Shown here: positions 27,092-36,177 of the stretch, piece after piece
How positions within the stretch are numbered: position 1 is the first letter of the stretch
Layout: every line of letters starts with the position of its first letter
Assembly: GCA_052386335.1 (NCBI GenBank)
Contig: JBQTKH010000014.1
Coordinates: 7,741-71,740 of the forward strand
Source of the DNA: Microthrixaceae bacterium
Lineage (GTDB): Bacteria > Actinomycetota > Acidimicrobiia > Acidimicrobiales > VFJN01
Direction: 5' to 3'
Length of the DNA stretch: 64,000 nt
Program-made: the position numbers and the translations under genes
Notes under the pieces: generated by a model
Database searches by the model: none
Told to the model about the DNA's origin: nothing
What the model saw: only the letters and a program-made list of their open reading frames with translations

Positions 27092-28345
27092 ATGGTGCAG
27101 GTCGGAGATCGGTACACCGTCATCTCGGCGGACTGCCACGCGGGGGCGAGCATCGCGGCGTACCGGCCGTACCTGACGGCGCGCTTCCACGACGACTTCG
27201 ACGCGTGGATGGGGACCTTCGACAACCCGTACAAGGACCTCACTGGAAACGATGCCGAGCGCAACTGGGACTCTGCTCGCCGTCTCGCGGAGATGGAAGC
27301 CGACGGGGTCGTCGCCGAGGTGATCTTCCCGAACACGATCCCGCCGTTCTTTCCCGCCGTGAGCCTCCTCAACCAGGCTCCGCCTGCGGGCGCCGGCGAT
27401 CTCGAGCGTCGGTGGGCCGGGCTGCAGGCCCACAACCGGTGGCTCGCCGACTTCTGTGCCGAGGCGCCCGGGCGGCGGGCCGGCATCGCACAGATCATGC
27501 TCCACGACGTCGACGCCGCGGTGGAGGAGATCCACTGGGCGAAGGCCAACGGCCTCACCGGGGGCGTGCTGCTTCCCGGCGCACCTCCGGGTTCCGGTGT
27601 GCCGCCGCTCTACGCGCCCGACTACGAGCCGATCTGGGCCGCGTGCGAGGCGCTGGGGATGCCGGTCAACCACCACTCGGGGAGCGCCGCGCCCGACTAC
27701 GGCGACTATCCGGTGGCCAAGGTGATGTTCCTCCTCGAGGTCACCTGGTGGGCGCACCGCACGCTCTGGCACCTCGTCTACGGGGGCGTGATGGAACGCC
27801 ACCCCGACCTGCAGTTCGTGTTCACCGAGCAGGGCACCGAGTGGGTGCCCGAGGAGCTGGCCCGCCTCGACATGTACTACGGACGGATGACCACCGCCGG
27901 CGGCAGCCAGGAGGCCGCGTTCGGTGATGGGGTCGTCGACCAGCTCAGCCTGCCGCCCAGTGGCTACTGGGAGCGCCAGTGCCACCTCGGGTCGTCGTTC
28001 ATCCGGCGCCACGAGGTGAAGCTGCGCGCCAAGGTCGGCGTCGATCGCATCATGTGGGGGAGCGACTTCCCGCACCTCGAGGGCTGCTGGCCCTGGTCGC
28101 GCGATCACCTCCAGATGTCCTTCGGTGGTGAGTGCAACCCGGAGGAGATCCAGGCCATGGTGGGCGGCAACGCAGCGCGGGTGTACGGCTTCGACCTCGA
28201 CGCGCTGGCGCCCATTGCCGCGCGCGTGGGTCCCACTGTCGCCGACCTCGCGACGCCACTCAAGCGCGACGCCATCCCCGATGAGGCGATGCGCTGCCCC
28301 GCGTTCGCCCTCGGCAAGCTCCGACCCGATCCCGACCTGGACTGA
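27092..28345 (+). CDS. Amidohydrolase_2 family protein
   Basis: ISADCH, EVIFPN, NHHSG, MWGSDFPHLEG, NAARVY. Confidence 0.9.
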   Translation: MVQVGDRYTVISADCHAGASIAAYRPYLTARFHDDFDAWMGTFDNPYKDLTGNDAERNWDSARRLAEMEADGVVAEVIFPNTIPPFFPAVSLLNQAPPAGAGDLERRWAGLQAHNRWLADFCAEAPGRRAGIAQIMLHDVDAAVEEIHWAKANGLTGGVLLPGAPPGSGVPPLYAPDYEPIWAACEALGMPVNHHSGSAAPDYGDYPVAKVMFLLEVTWWAHRTLWHLVYGGVMERHPDLQFVFTEQGTEWVPEELARLDMYYGRMTTAGGSQEAAFGDGVVDQLSLPPSGYWERQCHLGSSFIRRHEVKLRAKVGVDRIMWGSDFPHLEGCWPWSRDHLQMSFGGECNPEEIQAMVGGNAARVYGFDLDALAPIAARVGPTVADLATPLKRDAIPDEAMRCPAFALGKLRPDPDLD

Positions 28346-28352
28346 GGTGCCC

Positions 28353-29147
28353 ATGACCATCCGCTACGGAGCCCGTCCCCTGGAGGAGATCACCGACCGC
28401 GAGGTGAGCGCCACCAAGGTGGGAGCGTGGTCCACGTCGTTCACCGCCCTCTACGAGACCGATCCCGGCCTCATCGAGCAGGTGCTGCCGCCGCCCTTGC
28501 GACCGACGGGCCGTCCGATCGTGAAGGTGTCGGTCGCCACGGTCGACCTGGATCGCCCCGGTGTGCCCGTGTTCGGCGCCGGCACGTTCGGCGTCGAGTG
28601 CGCACACGGCGACATCGCCGGCTTCTACCCGCTGCTCATGCCGATGACCACGGAGCAGTCGGTGATCGGTGGTCGCGAGACCTTCGGCGAGCCGAAGAAG
28701 CTGGCCCAGATCAGCCTCGTGCGTGACGGCACGTCCGTGGTGGGCACCGTGGCGCGCCTCGGGACGACGATCATCGAGCTGCGCGGCACGGTCACCGGAG
28801 AGACCGATCCGCCACCCCCGAACGAGCGGACCGACTTCTACCTCAAGTTCCTGCGCGACCCAGCGGGCATGGGCTTCGACGCTGATCCACGGCTCGTGCA
28901 CTGCCACCGTGAGGAGACCACCCGCAAGCGTGAGCTCGTCGACGGCGAGATCGTGCTGCGAGAGTCGCAGTTCGACCCGGTGGCCGACCTGCCGGTGCGC
29001 CGCATCCTCGAGATGCACCTCTCCGAGCGACGGTCGCAGCAGCGGGGTGAGATCGTCGCCGTCCTCGACGGCAAGGACATCCTGCCCTTCGTCCACCAGC
29101 GCTACGACGACATGCACCCCGTCGGCGCCACGCCCAAGGAGAGCTGA
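28353..29147 (+). CDS. Acetoacetate decarboxylase-like protein
   Basis: GRETFGEPKKLA Schiff-base Lys motif; VLPPPL; DPVADLPV. Confidence 0.88.
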   Translation: MTIRYGARPLEEITDREVSATKVGAWSTSFTALYETDPGLIEQVLPPPLRPTGRPIVKVSVATVDLDRPGVPVFGAGTFGVECAHGDIAGFYPLLMPMTTEQSVIGGRETFGEPKKLAQISLVRDGTSVVGTVARLGTTIIELRGTVTGETDPPPPNERTDFYLKFLRDPAGMGFDADPRLVHCHREETTRKRELVDGEIVLRESQFDPVADLPVRRILEMHLSERRSQQRGEIVAVLDGKDILPFVHQRYDDMHPVGATPKES

Positions 29148-30421
29148 TGGCCCGTGCCACCGAACGGTTCATGGTGATCTCGGCGGACTGCCACGCCGGT
29201 CTCCCCAACGCCGAGTACCGCGACTGGCTCGACCCCTCGGTGCGGGACGCGTTCGATCAGAGCCTCGTCGATCGCGCTCGCCAGCAAGAGCTCGCCGCCC
29301 AGGGCTTCCTCAACAAGGAGTTCGCCAAGGAGTGGGCCGAGGAGAACGAGGAGGGCCTGCACGGCTCGTGGGACGCCTCGCGTCGTGACAAGGAGCTCGA
29401 CGGGGACGGGGTGGTGGGCGAGGTGATCTTTCCGGACGGCGATGCGGTGAGCTCGGGTGCCTCTGCGCCCTTCGGCGCCGGGCTCGGCCAGAGCGGCGAC
29501 ACGCCGCCCGCGCACCTGCTCGCTGGCGCCCAGGCTCACAACCGATGGCTGGCCGAGCTGTGCGCCACGAGCCCCGAGCGCCGGCGCGGCATCGCGGTGG
29601 TGCCGATCGCCTTCGTTGACGTGGACGTCTCGGTCGCGGAGATCCGTCGTTCCTACGAGAGCGGCCTGCGGGGCGGCATCTTGATCCCGCCGATGTGGCA
29701 GCCGGGTGCGCCGTACCACGACGTGAAGTACGACCCGATCTGGGCCCTCTGCCAGGAGCTCGACCTTCCCGTGCACGTGCACTCCGGGCCGGCCGACAAG
29801 GCGTCGTACGGCCCCCACATCGGGATCTACACGGCTGAGGTGCGGTTCTGGTCGGCTCGCCCGCTGTGGTTCCTCATCTGGTCCGGCGTGTTCGAGCGGT
29901 TCCCGCGGCTCAAGTTCGCCGTCACGGAGTGCGGCGCGTTCTGGGTCAACGACCTGCTCTGGCGGATGGACTCCGTGTACGAGCGCGAGCACGGGTCGAA
30001 GAAGCTCGGCTCGCAGCTCACGGCCAACCTGTCGATGCGGCCGTCGGACTACTTCGACCGCAACTGCTTCATCGGCGCGTCCAACCCGCAGCGGCGCGAG
30101 CTCGTGCGTCGCTACGAGATCGGTGTGGGCAACCTCATGTGGGGCAATGACTTCCCGCATCCGGAGGGCACGTGGCCCCACACCGCTGAGTTCCTGCGCG
30201 GGGCCTTCGGCGACATCCCCGAGGACGAGACCCGCGCCATGCTTGGCGGCACCGCGGCCGAGGTCTACGGCTTCGACGTGGACGCCCTCGCACCGCTCGT
30301 CGAGCGCATCGGACCCACCGCCGACGATCTCGGGCAGGACGCCGGTCGCGACATGCGCGTGTGGGACCGCCTGCGCGAGGCGGGCCGGCCGTGGCTCACC
30401 GGGATCGAGTCGCACCTGTGA
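29147..30421 (+). CDS. Amidohydrolase_2 family protein (paralogue of 27092-28345)
   Basis: ISADCH, EVIFPD, HVHSG, MWGNDFPHPEG. Confidence 0.9.
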   Translation: MARATERFMVISADCHAGLPNAEYRDWLDPSVRDAFDQSLVDRARQQELAAQGFLNKEFAKEWAEENEEGLHGSWDASRRDKELDGDGVVGEVIFPDGDAVSSGASAPFGAGLGQSGDTPPAHLLAGAQAHNRWLAELCATSPERRRGIAVVPIAFVDVDVSVAEIRRSYESGLRGGILIPPMWQPGAPYHDVKYDPIWALCQELDLPVHVHSGPADKASYGPHIGIYTAEVRFWSARPLWFLIWSGVFERFPRLKFAVTECGAFWVNDLLWRMDSVYEREHGSKKLGSQLTANLSMRPSDYFDRNCFIGASNPQRRELVRRYEIGVGNLMWGNDFPHPEGTWPHTAEFLRGAFGDIPEDETRAMLGGTAAEVYGFDVDALAPLVERIGPTADDLGQDAGRDMRVWDRLREAGRPWLTGIESHL

Positions 30422-31671
30422 CCACCGCGGAGGCAGGGTCGTCGGTGTCGTTCGATCCGTTCGAGGCCGGGTTCAACGAGTGGCCCTACGACCAGTACGC
30501 GCGGCTGCGAGCAGCGGATCCGGTGCATCGGTCGGACCTGATGGGTGGCTGGGTGCTCACCCGCTACGCGGACGTGGAGCGGGTGCTCAAAGACCCGACG
30601 ATGAGCAGCCAGATCGACAACGCCACCCCCACCCCACAGACCGAGATGGAGCTCCAGCGGCGCGCCGAGGTGGAGGGCGCCGAGGGCGCCGACCCGCTGC
30701 CGCTGCTCGACGAGCCCGACCACACCCGAGTGCGCCGCCTCATCGCGCCGACGTTCCGCAAGGGCTCGGTGAGGAACCTCCACGAGACGATCGAGCGGCA
30801 CGTCAGCGAACTGCTCGACTCGATCGTCGAACGGCATGGTCCCTCCGGCACGTTCGATCTGGTCTCGGAGCTCGCGTACCCCATGCCGGTGATGGTGATC
30901 TGCGAGCTCATGGGCATCCCCGACGAGGACGGCCCCGCCTTCCGTCGCTGGGTGCAGCTCGTCGCGCTGGGGCTCGACCCCTTCATCTCACCAGAGCAGC
31001 GCGAGGAGAGCCTGGCGGCGGGGGAGGAGATGCGTGAGTACCTGCGCCAGCAGGTCGCCGCGAAGCGGCGTGCGCCGGGCGACGACCTCACCTCTGAGCT
31101 GGCGGTCGCGTCTGACGACGGCGACAAGCTGACCGACGACGAGCTCATCATGCAGCTCCAGACGCTCTACATCGCCGGTCATGAACCGGCAACCGCGGTT
31201 CTGGGGAACGGCTTTCGGGGCCTGTTCGCGCAGCCCGACCAGCTGATCGCGCTGCGCAGCGGCGACGCCAACCTCGACCACGCGGTGCTCGAGCTGCTGC
31301 GCTACGACGGCCCCAACCAGTTCGTGCGTCGCATCGCCACCACCGACCTCCACTTCGATGGGGGCGTGATCCCGGCAGGCGCGGTCGTCTACCCCGGGAT
31401 CGGCGCGGCCAACCACGACCCCGACGAGTTCGGCCCCGACGCCGACGCGATCCGCATCGACCGCCCCTCGGCCATCCACCACCTCCAGCTCGGGGCGGGG
31501 ATCCACGCATGCCTCGGCACCCACCTCGCCCGCCTCGAGATCGAGATCACCCTACGCCGCCTGCTCGAGCGCTTCCCCACGATGGAGCTGGCAGCCGCGC
31601 CCACCTGGGCCAACCGCATGGTCCTCCGAAGCGTCAACGAGCTCCACGTCCACTACGACGGTGCCGCATGA
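30418..31671 (+). CDS. Cytochrome P450
   Basis: DEPDHTRVRR, AGHEP I-helix, ELLR, AANHDP, LGAGIHACLG haem Cys. Confidence 0.93.
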   Translation: MTTAEAGSSVSFDPFEAGFNEWPYDQYARLRAADPVHRSDLMGGWVLTRYADVERVLKDPTMSSQIDNATPTPQTEMELQRRAEVEGAEGADPLPLLDEPDHTRVRRLIAPTFRKGSVRNLHETIERHVSELLDSIVERHGPSGTFDLVSELAYPMPVMVICELMGIPDEDGPAFRRWVQLVALGLDPFISPEQREESLAAGEEMREYLRQQVAAKRRAPGDDLTSELAVASDDGDKLTDDELIMQLQTLYIAGHEPATAVLGNGFRGLFAQPDQLIALRSGDANLDHAVLELLRYDGPNQFVRRIATTDLHFDGGVIPAGAVVYPGIGAANHDPDEFGPDADAIRIDRPSAIHHLQLGAGIHACLGTHLARLEIEITLRRLLERFPTMELAAAPTWANRMVLRSVNELHVHYDGAA

Positions 31672-31719
31672 CGAGGGATTCGGCTGTGCTCGGAGGACTT
31701 TGCATCCAGGCAGGAGCAC

Positions 31720-31806
31720 ATGTGGGCCACGACGGGAGCGAAGGTGGCCGTCGTGCTCGTCGTGGTGGGCCTCACCCTCGTCGCCGTCGGGGGACTTCTC
31801 GCGTAG
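31720..31806 (+). CDS. Possible 28-aa single-TM peptide
   Basis: CAGGAG RBS then MWATTGAKVAVVLVVVGLTLVAVGGLLA*. Confidence 0.4.
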   Translation: MWATTGAKVAVVLVVVGLTLVAVGGLLA

Positions 31807-31902
31807 CGAGCTCGGCTCCGTCTCCACCTGCCCGGAGCTGCAGGTCGTGGGCACCGAGCTGACCACGCTGCGCGCGCCCCTGTCTGCACCGCCAATCAGG
31901 TT

Positions 31903-31973
31903 TGTTCAGCGTTGGAGCGACAATCGCGCGCCGTCCGCTCGGTCGATCAGAATTGTCGCTCCAACGCTGAACA
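31903..31973. repeat. Perfect 22-bp inverted repeat with 27-bp spacer
   Basis: TGTTCAGCGTTGGAGCGACAAT (31903-31924) and its exact reverse complement (31952-31973). Confidence 0.9.
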
Positions 31974-32000
31974 GATCGAAGGAGCCGCGCACGGCCACCA

Positions 32001-32294
32001 TCACGCAGCGTGGCGGTCGCCGAGGTGGCTACGGATGAACGACAGCGTCGAACGCGGGATCTGCCCGCGGGCGTAGGCCGAGCGACCAACCCGGGTGACT
32101 CGCCCGCGACGGATCTCCCATCGCAGCGCATCGGAGACGGCCTTGCTCGGCCGACCGTCGATCGCGTGGCCGCTCCGCTCGAGGATCGTCACGAGCTCGG
32201 CAACGCTGAGCGGTCGATCGGACCGGTGGAGCACAAGGGTCAGGAGGTAGCGGAGGTCGCGGCCGCGAAGTGGGAGTCGGGCGCCGGGTTCCAT
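32001..32294 (-). CDS. Small winged-helix-like hypothetical protein
   Basis: LRYLLT...LSVAELV...SKAVSDALRWEIRRGRVTRVGRSAY; ATG 32294. Confidence 0.7.
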   Translation of the reverse strand: MEPGARLPLRGRDLRYLLTLVLHRSDRPLSVAELVTILERSGHAIDGRPSKAVSDALRWEIRRGRVTRVGRSAYARGQIPRSTLSFIRSHLGDRHAA

Positions 32295-32365
32295 GCCCCC
32301 ATCCTGCCCCGGGGGTGTGACATCGAGTCCCGAGCCCCCAGTCCCGATGCCGCCGGCGCGAGCCC

Positions 32366-33100
32366 TCAGCCTGGGTCGTTGAGGCCGAGGGTTCGCACCG
32401 TGGGGGAGAGGGGCACGTCGCCCGGTTCGGGGCGCGTGCCGAGCACGTGATCGCCGATGCTCGTGGTGACGCCGAACCAGTGGTGCTCGTTGCGGTAGTG
32501 GTGCAGTCGGTGGTTGCGCGAGATCTTGCGGAACCAGGCCGTCTTCGGTCGGTACGGCGCGTGGATCAGGTAGTGCGTCCACTCGGAGTTGAGGAGCATG
32601 CCGAACCCGCAGGCGAGGGCCATCGCGGCCTGCGGCGGATCGAGCCGCCAGATCGCGAGGGCCACGGCGATGGGCCCAGCGGGGAACAGGGCCTGGAACG
32701 GCACCATCACGATTCGCAGGTCCTTGGGGTTGCGGTGGTGGCGCCGGTGCTTGCGCGCCGTGATCGGGTCGATGGTGAGGCGACCGATCTGGGTGGGCTG
32801 CCGATGGAGGATGCGCACGTGGATCAGCCACTCCACGAACGGCTCCGCCGCGACGATCACGAGCGGGATGAGGAGGTCCCACCATCCCCACTGCCCGATC
32901 CAGAGGCGGGCGACGGCCGCGCTGAGCGCCGTCGTGCCGATGATCACCGGTGACGGCTTCCGGATGAAGAAGGCGAAGAGCTCACCGAGCGACGCCCCGG
33001 CTTGCGGCTGATCAGCCGGGATCGGGGCGACCTCCGTCTCCGCGCCGTCGAGGGTGACGCCGGCGCCTCGCTCCTTGGCCCGTGACTCGCCCGTGCGCAT
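32366..33100 (-). CDS. Sterol desaturase/fatty acid hydroxylase family
   Basis: His boxes HVRILH, HRRHH, HYLIH, HRLHH; WFGVT. Confidence 0.9.
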   Translation of the reverse strand: MRTGESRAKERGAGVTLDGAETEVAPIPADQPQAGASLGELFAFFIRKPSPVIIGTTALSAAVARLWIGQWGWWDLLIPLVIVAAEPFVEWLIHVRILHRQPTQIGRLTIDPITARKHRRHHRNPKDLRIVMVPFQALFPAGPIAVALAIWRLDPPQAAMALACGFGMLLNSEWTHYLIHAPYRPKTAWFRKISRNHRLHHYRNEHHWFGVTTSIGDHVLGTRPEPGDVPLSPTVRTLGLNDPG

Positions 33101-33192
33101 CGGTTCCGACGGTAGCCAGCACGGTGCGAAAGGGGCGATTCGCGGTCTTCGGGTAGGTTGGTGCCGACCGTCGTGGCCTGGGGGGTGCGTTC

Positions 33193-34686
33193 GTGCGCAA
33201 GCTGCTGCTGATCGTGGCCCTGGCCGCCGCGGCAGTCGCCGTCCCGATCATCCATGCGGACGCGCTCGCCCCGCCCACGCCGTCGGGGCCCCGCGACCTC
33301 TGCCAGCCCGATCCCACGATCGCCGGCGAGCAGACGCTGCGCTGCAGCTACGGGCCCCTCACGGTCACCCCGGGCGCCAACCTGATCCTGCTCGGCCCCG
33401 TCACGATCGAGTCGCCCCGCGCCGATGGCTACATCACGGGGATCTCCCCGAACCTCGTCGACGCGACGAACGGCAAGGTGCCACCGATCCATGTCGTGCA
33501 CCTCCACCACGGTGTGTGGATCAACGCTGCCCGCGGCGACACCACGCCGTTCTTCGCGACCGGCGAGGAGAAGACGCGCTCGATCCTCCCGCGCGGCCCG
33601 GACGGCGAGGCGCTCTACGGCTACCGCACGACACCCACCGACGCATGGGTGCTCAACTACATGCTCCACAACCTCACGTCGAACACCTACGAGGTGACGA
33701 TCCGCTACGACCTGACGTGGGTGCCGGCCACCACGTCCGGCATGAAGGAGGTCGTGCCCGTCTGGCTCGACGCCGTTGCGCAGAAGGAGGGGTCGTCCAA
33801 GGCGCTATACCCCGTCTACGACCCGCCGAAGAGCGGCGCCGGCTACTCCGCCACCTTCGCGGCGGACCAAGACGCAGAGATCGTGTGGGTGGGCGGGCAC
33901 GTGCACCCCGGCGGCCTCCGCGACGAGCTCAGATCGGTGACCTGTGGGAACCGGTTGCTGTTCTCCTCCGACGCGCAGATGAACCAGGCCAACAGCTTCG
34001 GCTCGTGGGATTTCCGGATGACCGTGACGAAGCCCGACTGGCGGTTCACGGTCCGCCAAGGCGAGCGACTGTCGGTGACCGGCTTCTACGACACCGCGAA
34101 CCCCTGGTACGAGGCGATGGCGATCATGTTCGCGTGGGCGCACCCGCTCAGCCCCGAAGAGCTCGAGGGGCGCGCCGCCTGCGAGATGCCGGCCGACACC
34201 GTCGGGCTCGCGACCGATGAGCCCGCCGCCCCGGAGAACAACCCGATCCCGGTGTTCGGGGGAGCGAACGAGACGCCCCTCGCTCCGTCGCCCACCCCGC
34301 CACCCGCCACCAGCGACGTGGGGATCGCCGCGTTCGGCTACTACCCCGGCGGCGCGGGCACCGGCCAGCGGGCCGGGGTGAGGCCGGGACAGACGGTGCG
34401 GTTCACCAACCTCGACGCAGGGGCATCGATCTTCCATTCAGTCACCTCGTGCGCCAACCCATGCAACGGCACCTGGGGCCAGAAGTACCCGCTGGCCACC
34501 TGGCCATCTGCGACCGAGCTCGGCGACTCGGGTCAGCTCGGCTTCGGCCCGCCGTATGCCACGGCCGCCGTGCAGCGGGCCACGTGGAGCTTCACGGTGC
34601 CGAGCAGCGCCGCACCCGGCCAGGTGTTCACGTACTTCTGTCGGATCCACCCCGCGATGCGGGGCGCGCTGGAGGTGGTCCAATGA
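33193..34686 (+). CDS. Secreted PHM/DBH-like copper monooxygenase homologue with C-terminal type-1 cupredoxin
   Basis: Signal peptide; HLHH, MLHN, GGHVH, EAM; HSVT...YFCRIHPAM. Confidence 0.7.
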   Translation: MRKLLLIVALAAAAVAVPIIHADALAPPTPSGPRDLCQPDPTIAGEQTLRCSYGPLTVTPGANLILLGPVTIESPRADGYITGISPNLVDATNGKVPPIHVVHLHHGVWINAARGDTTPFFATGEEKTRSILPRGPDGEALYGYRTTPTDAWVLNYMLHNLTSNTYEVTIRYDLTWVPATTSGMKEVVPVWLDAVAQKEGSSKALYPVYDPPKSGAGYSATFAADQDAEIVWVGGHVHPGGLRDELRSVTCGNRLLFSSDAQMNQANSFGSWDFRMTVTKPDWRFTVRQGERLSVTGFYDTANPWYEAMAIMFAWAHPLSPEELEGRAACEMPADTVGLATDEPAAPENNPIPVFGGANETPLAPSPTPPPATSDVGIAAFGYYPGGAGTGQRAGVRPGQTVRFTNLDAGASIFHSVTSCANPCNGTWGQKYPLATWPSATELGDSGQLGFGPPYATAAVQRATWSFTVPSSAAPGQVFTYFCRIHPAMRGALEVVQ

Positions 34687-36113
34687 CCGATCGCTCGACG
34701 ACTGCTCGGATCCTGACGGTCCGCCGCGGGCTGGCGCTCGTGGCGCTCCTCGCGGTCACGTCGGTCACCTCGGTGGTGCGAGCCGACGCGGCCAGCACGG
34801 CAACGGCCACCACCGCGGCGTTCACGTTCGTCCCGCCCGTGGTGACGATCGCCGAAGGCGACAGCCTCGTGCTCGACAACATCGACATCGCACCGCACAA
34901 CCTCACGGCCGGGGACGGCACCAGCTTCGCCAGCGCCGACGTGCCGCCGAACGCGTCGGGCGAGGTGCACGGCGTGCCCGAGCTCGACGCCGGTCAGTAC
35001 CCGTTCTTCTGCACGCTCCATCCGTGGATGCAAGGGATGCTCGACGTTGGCACGGCGCCCGGGGTGCCATTGCCGTCGGTGCCCGCGCCGGGGTTCAGCG
35101 CGCTGCCGGTGGGTGGCATCGTGGTGACGCCGACGAGCCTCACGACCTACGACGGGTCGATGTACGTCGCCAGCTACGCCACGGGTGTCGTGTCGGAGCT
35201 GCCGATCCTGTCGGGCGGGGTGCTCGGCGCGCCCACGCCTTACGCCACGGGCTTCACCAACCCGCTCGGCATCGCGTTCGGTCCCGACGGCACGCTGTTC
35301 GTGGCCGACTCCCACAGCTCGACCACGCCAGGTCGGACGACCGACGGACGAGTGTGGGCCGTGGAGCCGGGTGGCGCGTCGATGGCCATCGCGGTGGATG
35401 GGCTTCCGAACGGTCGGCACAACACGAACGGCATGGCGGTGCACGAGGGCCGGCTCTACATCGCCAACGGCAACGCCACCGACAACGGCAACCCCGACAG
35501 CCCCGGTGGCCCAGCGGAGGTCCCCGACCGCAGCGGGGCGCTCCTGTCGATACCACTGGACGGCCGCAACCTCACCAGCGCCGACGTGCAGGTCGAGGCC
35601 ACGGGCATGCGCAACATCTACGACGTCGAGTTCCGTCCCGGCACCGACGAGGCCTGGCTGCCGATGAACGGCCCCGACGCCTTCGATCCCTACGGCGAAG
35701 ACCTGCTGCTGAAGGCGGACACCGCGGCGGCACCGGCCGACTTCGGGTTCCCGGCGTGCCTCTACGGGCCGCGAGGCGTGTCCGACTGGATCCAGAACAG
35801 CGCCGTCGCCGCGCAATGCACCGGCGCCCAGAAGCTGCCTGAGCAGCTCCTCGGTCTCCACGTGTCGGCCGACGGGCTCGCCTTCGACGTCGACGCGGCA
35901 TTCCTCTACATCGCCGAGTTCGGAAACTTCTTCGGAAACGAGGTGGTGGGCCACAAGGTCGTGCGGGTACCCGTCGACGCCGACGGGGCCTCCGGTCCAC
36001 CGCAGGACGTGCTCGTCGGTGGAGCACCGCTCGACGTCACCACCACGGCGGATGGCATCTACGTGGCCGACTTCGCGACCGGCCAGATCATCCTCCTGAA
36101 GCCGCTGGCCTGA
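34683..36113 (+). CDS. Secreted cupredoxin plus beta-propeller (PQQ sugar/sorbosone dehydrogenase-like)
   Basis: Signal peptide; APHNLT...FFCTLHPWM; NPLGIAFGPDGTLFVAD, RHNTNG, GMRNIY, DFGFPAC. Confidence 0.75.
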   Translation: MTDRSTTARILTVRRGLALVALLAVTSVTSVVRADAASTATATTAAFTFVPPVVTIAEGDSLVLDNIDIAPHNLTAGDGTSFASADVPPNASGEVHGVPELDAGQYPFFCTLHPWMQGMLDVGTAPGVPLPSVPAPGFSALPVGGIVVTPTSLTTYDGSMYVASYATGVVSELPILSGGVLGAPTPYATGFTNPLGIAFGPDGTLFVADSHSSTTPGRTTDGRVWAVEPGGASMAIAVDGLPNGRHNTNGMAVHEGRLYIANGNATDNGNPDSPGGPAEVPDRSGALLSIPLDGRNLTSADVQVEATGMRNIYDVEFRPGTDEAWLPMNGPDAFDPYGEDLLLKADTAAAPADFGFPACLYGPRGVSDWIQNSAVAAQCTGAQKLPEQLLGLHVSADGLAFDVDAAFLYIAEFGNFFGNEVVGHKVVRVPVDADGASGPPQDVLVGGAPLDVTTTADGIYVADFATGQIILLKPLA

Positions 36114-36177
36114 CCCGGCGCGCCGCCGAGCGGTCCTCCCGGATTCTCCCGGGGCACCGTCGCCCCGGGAGAATGGG

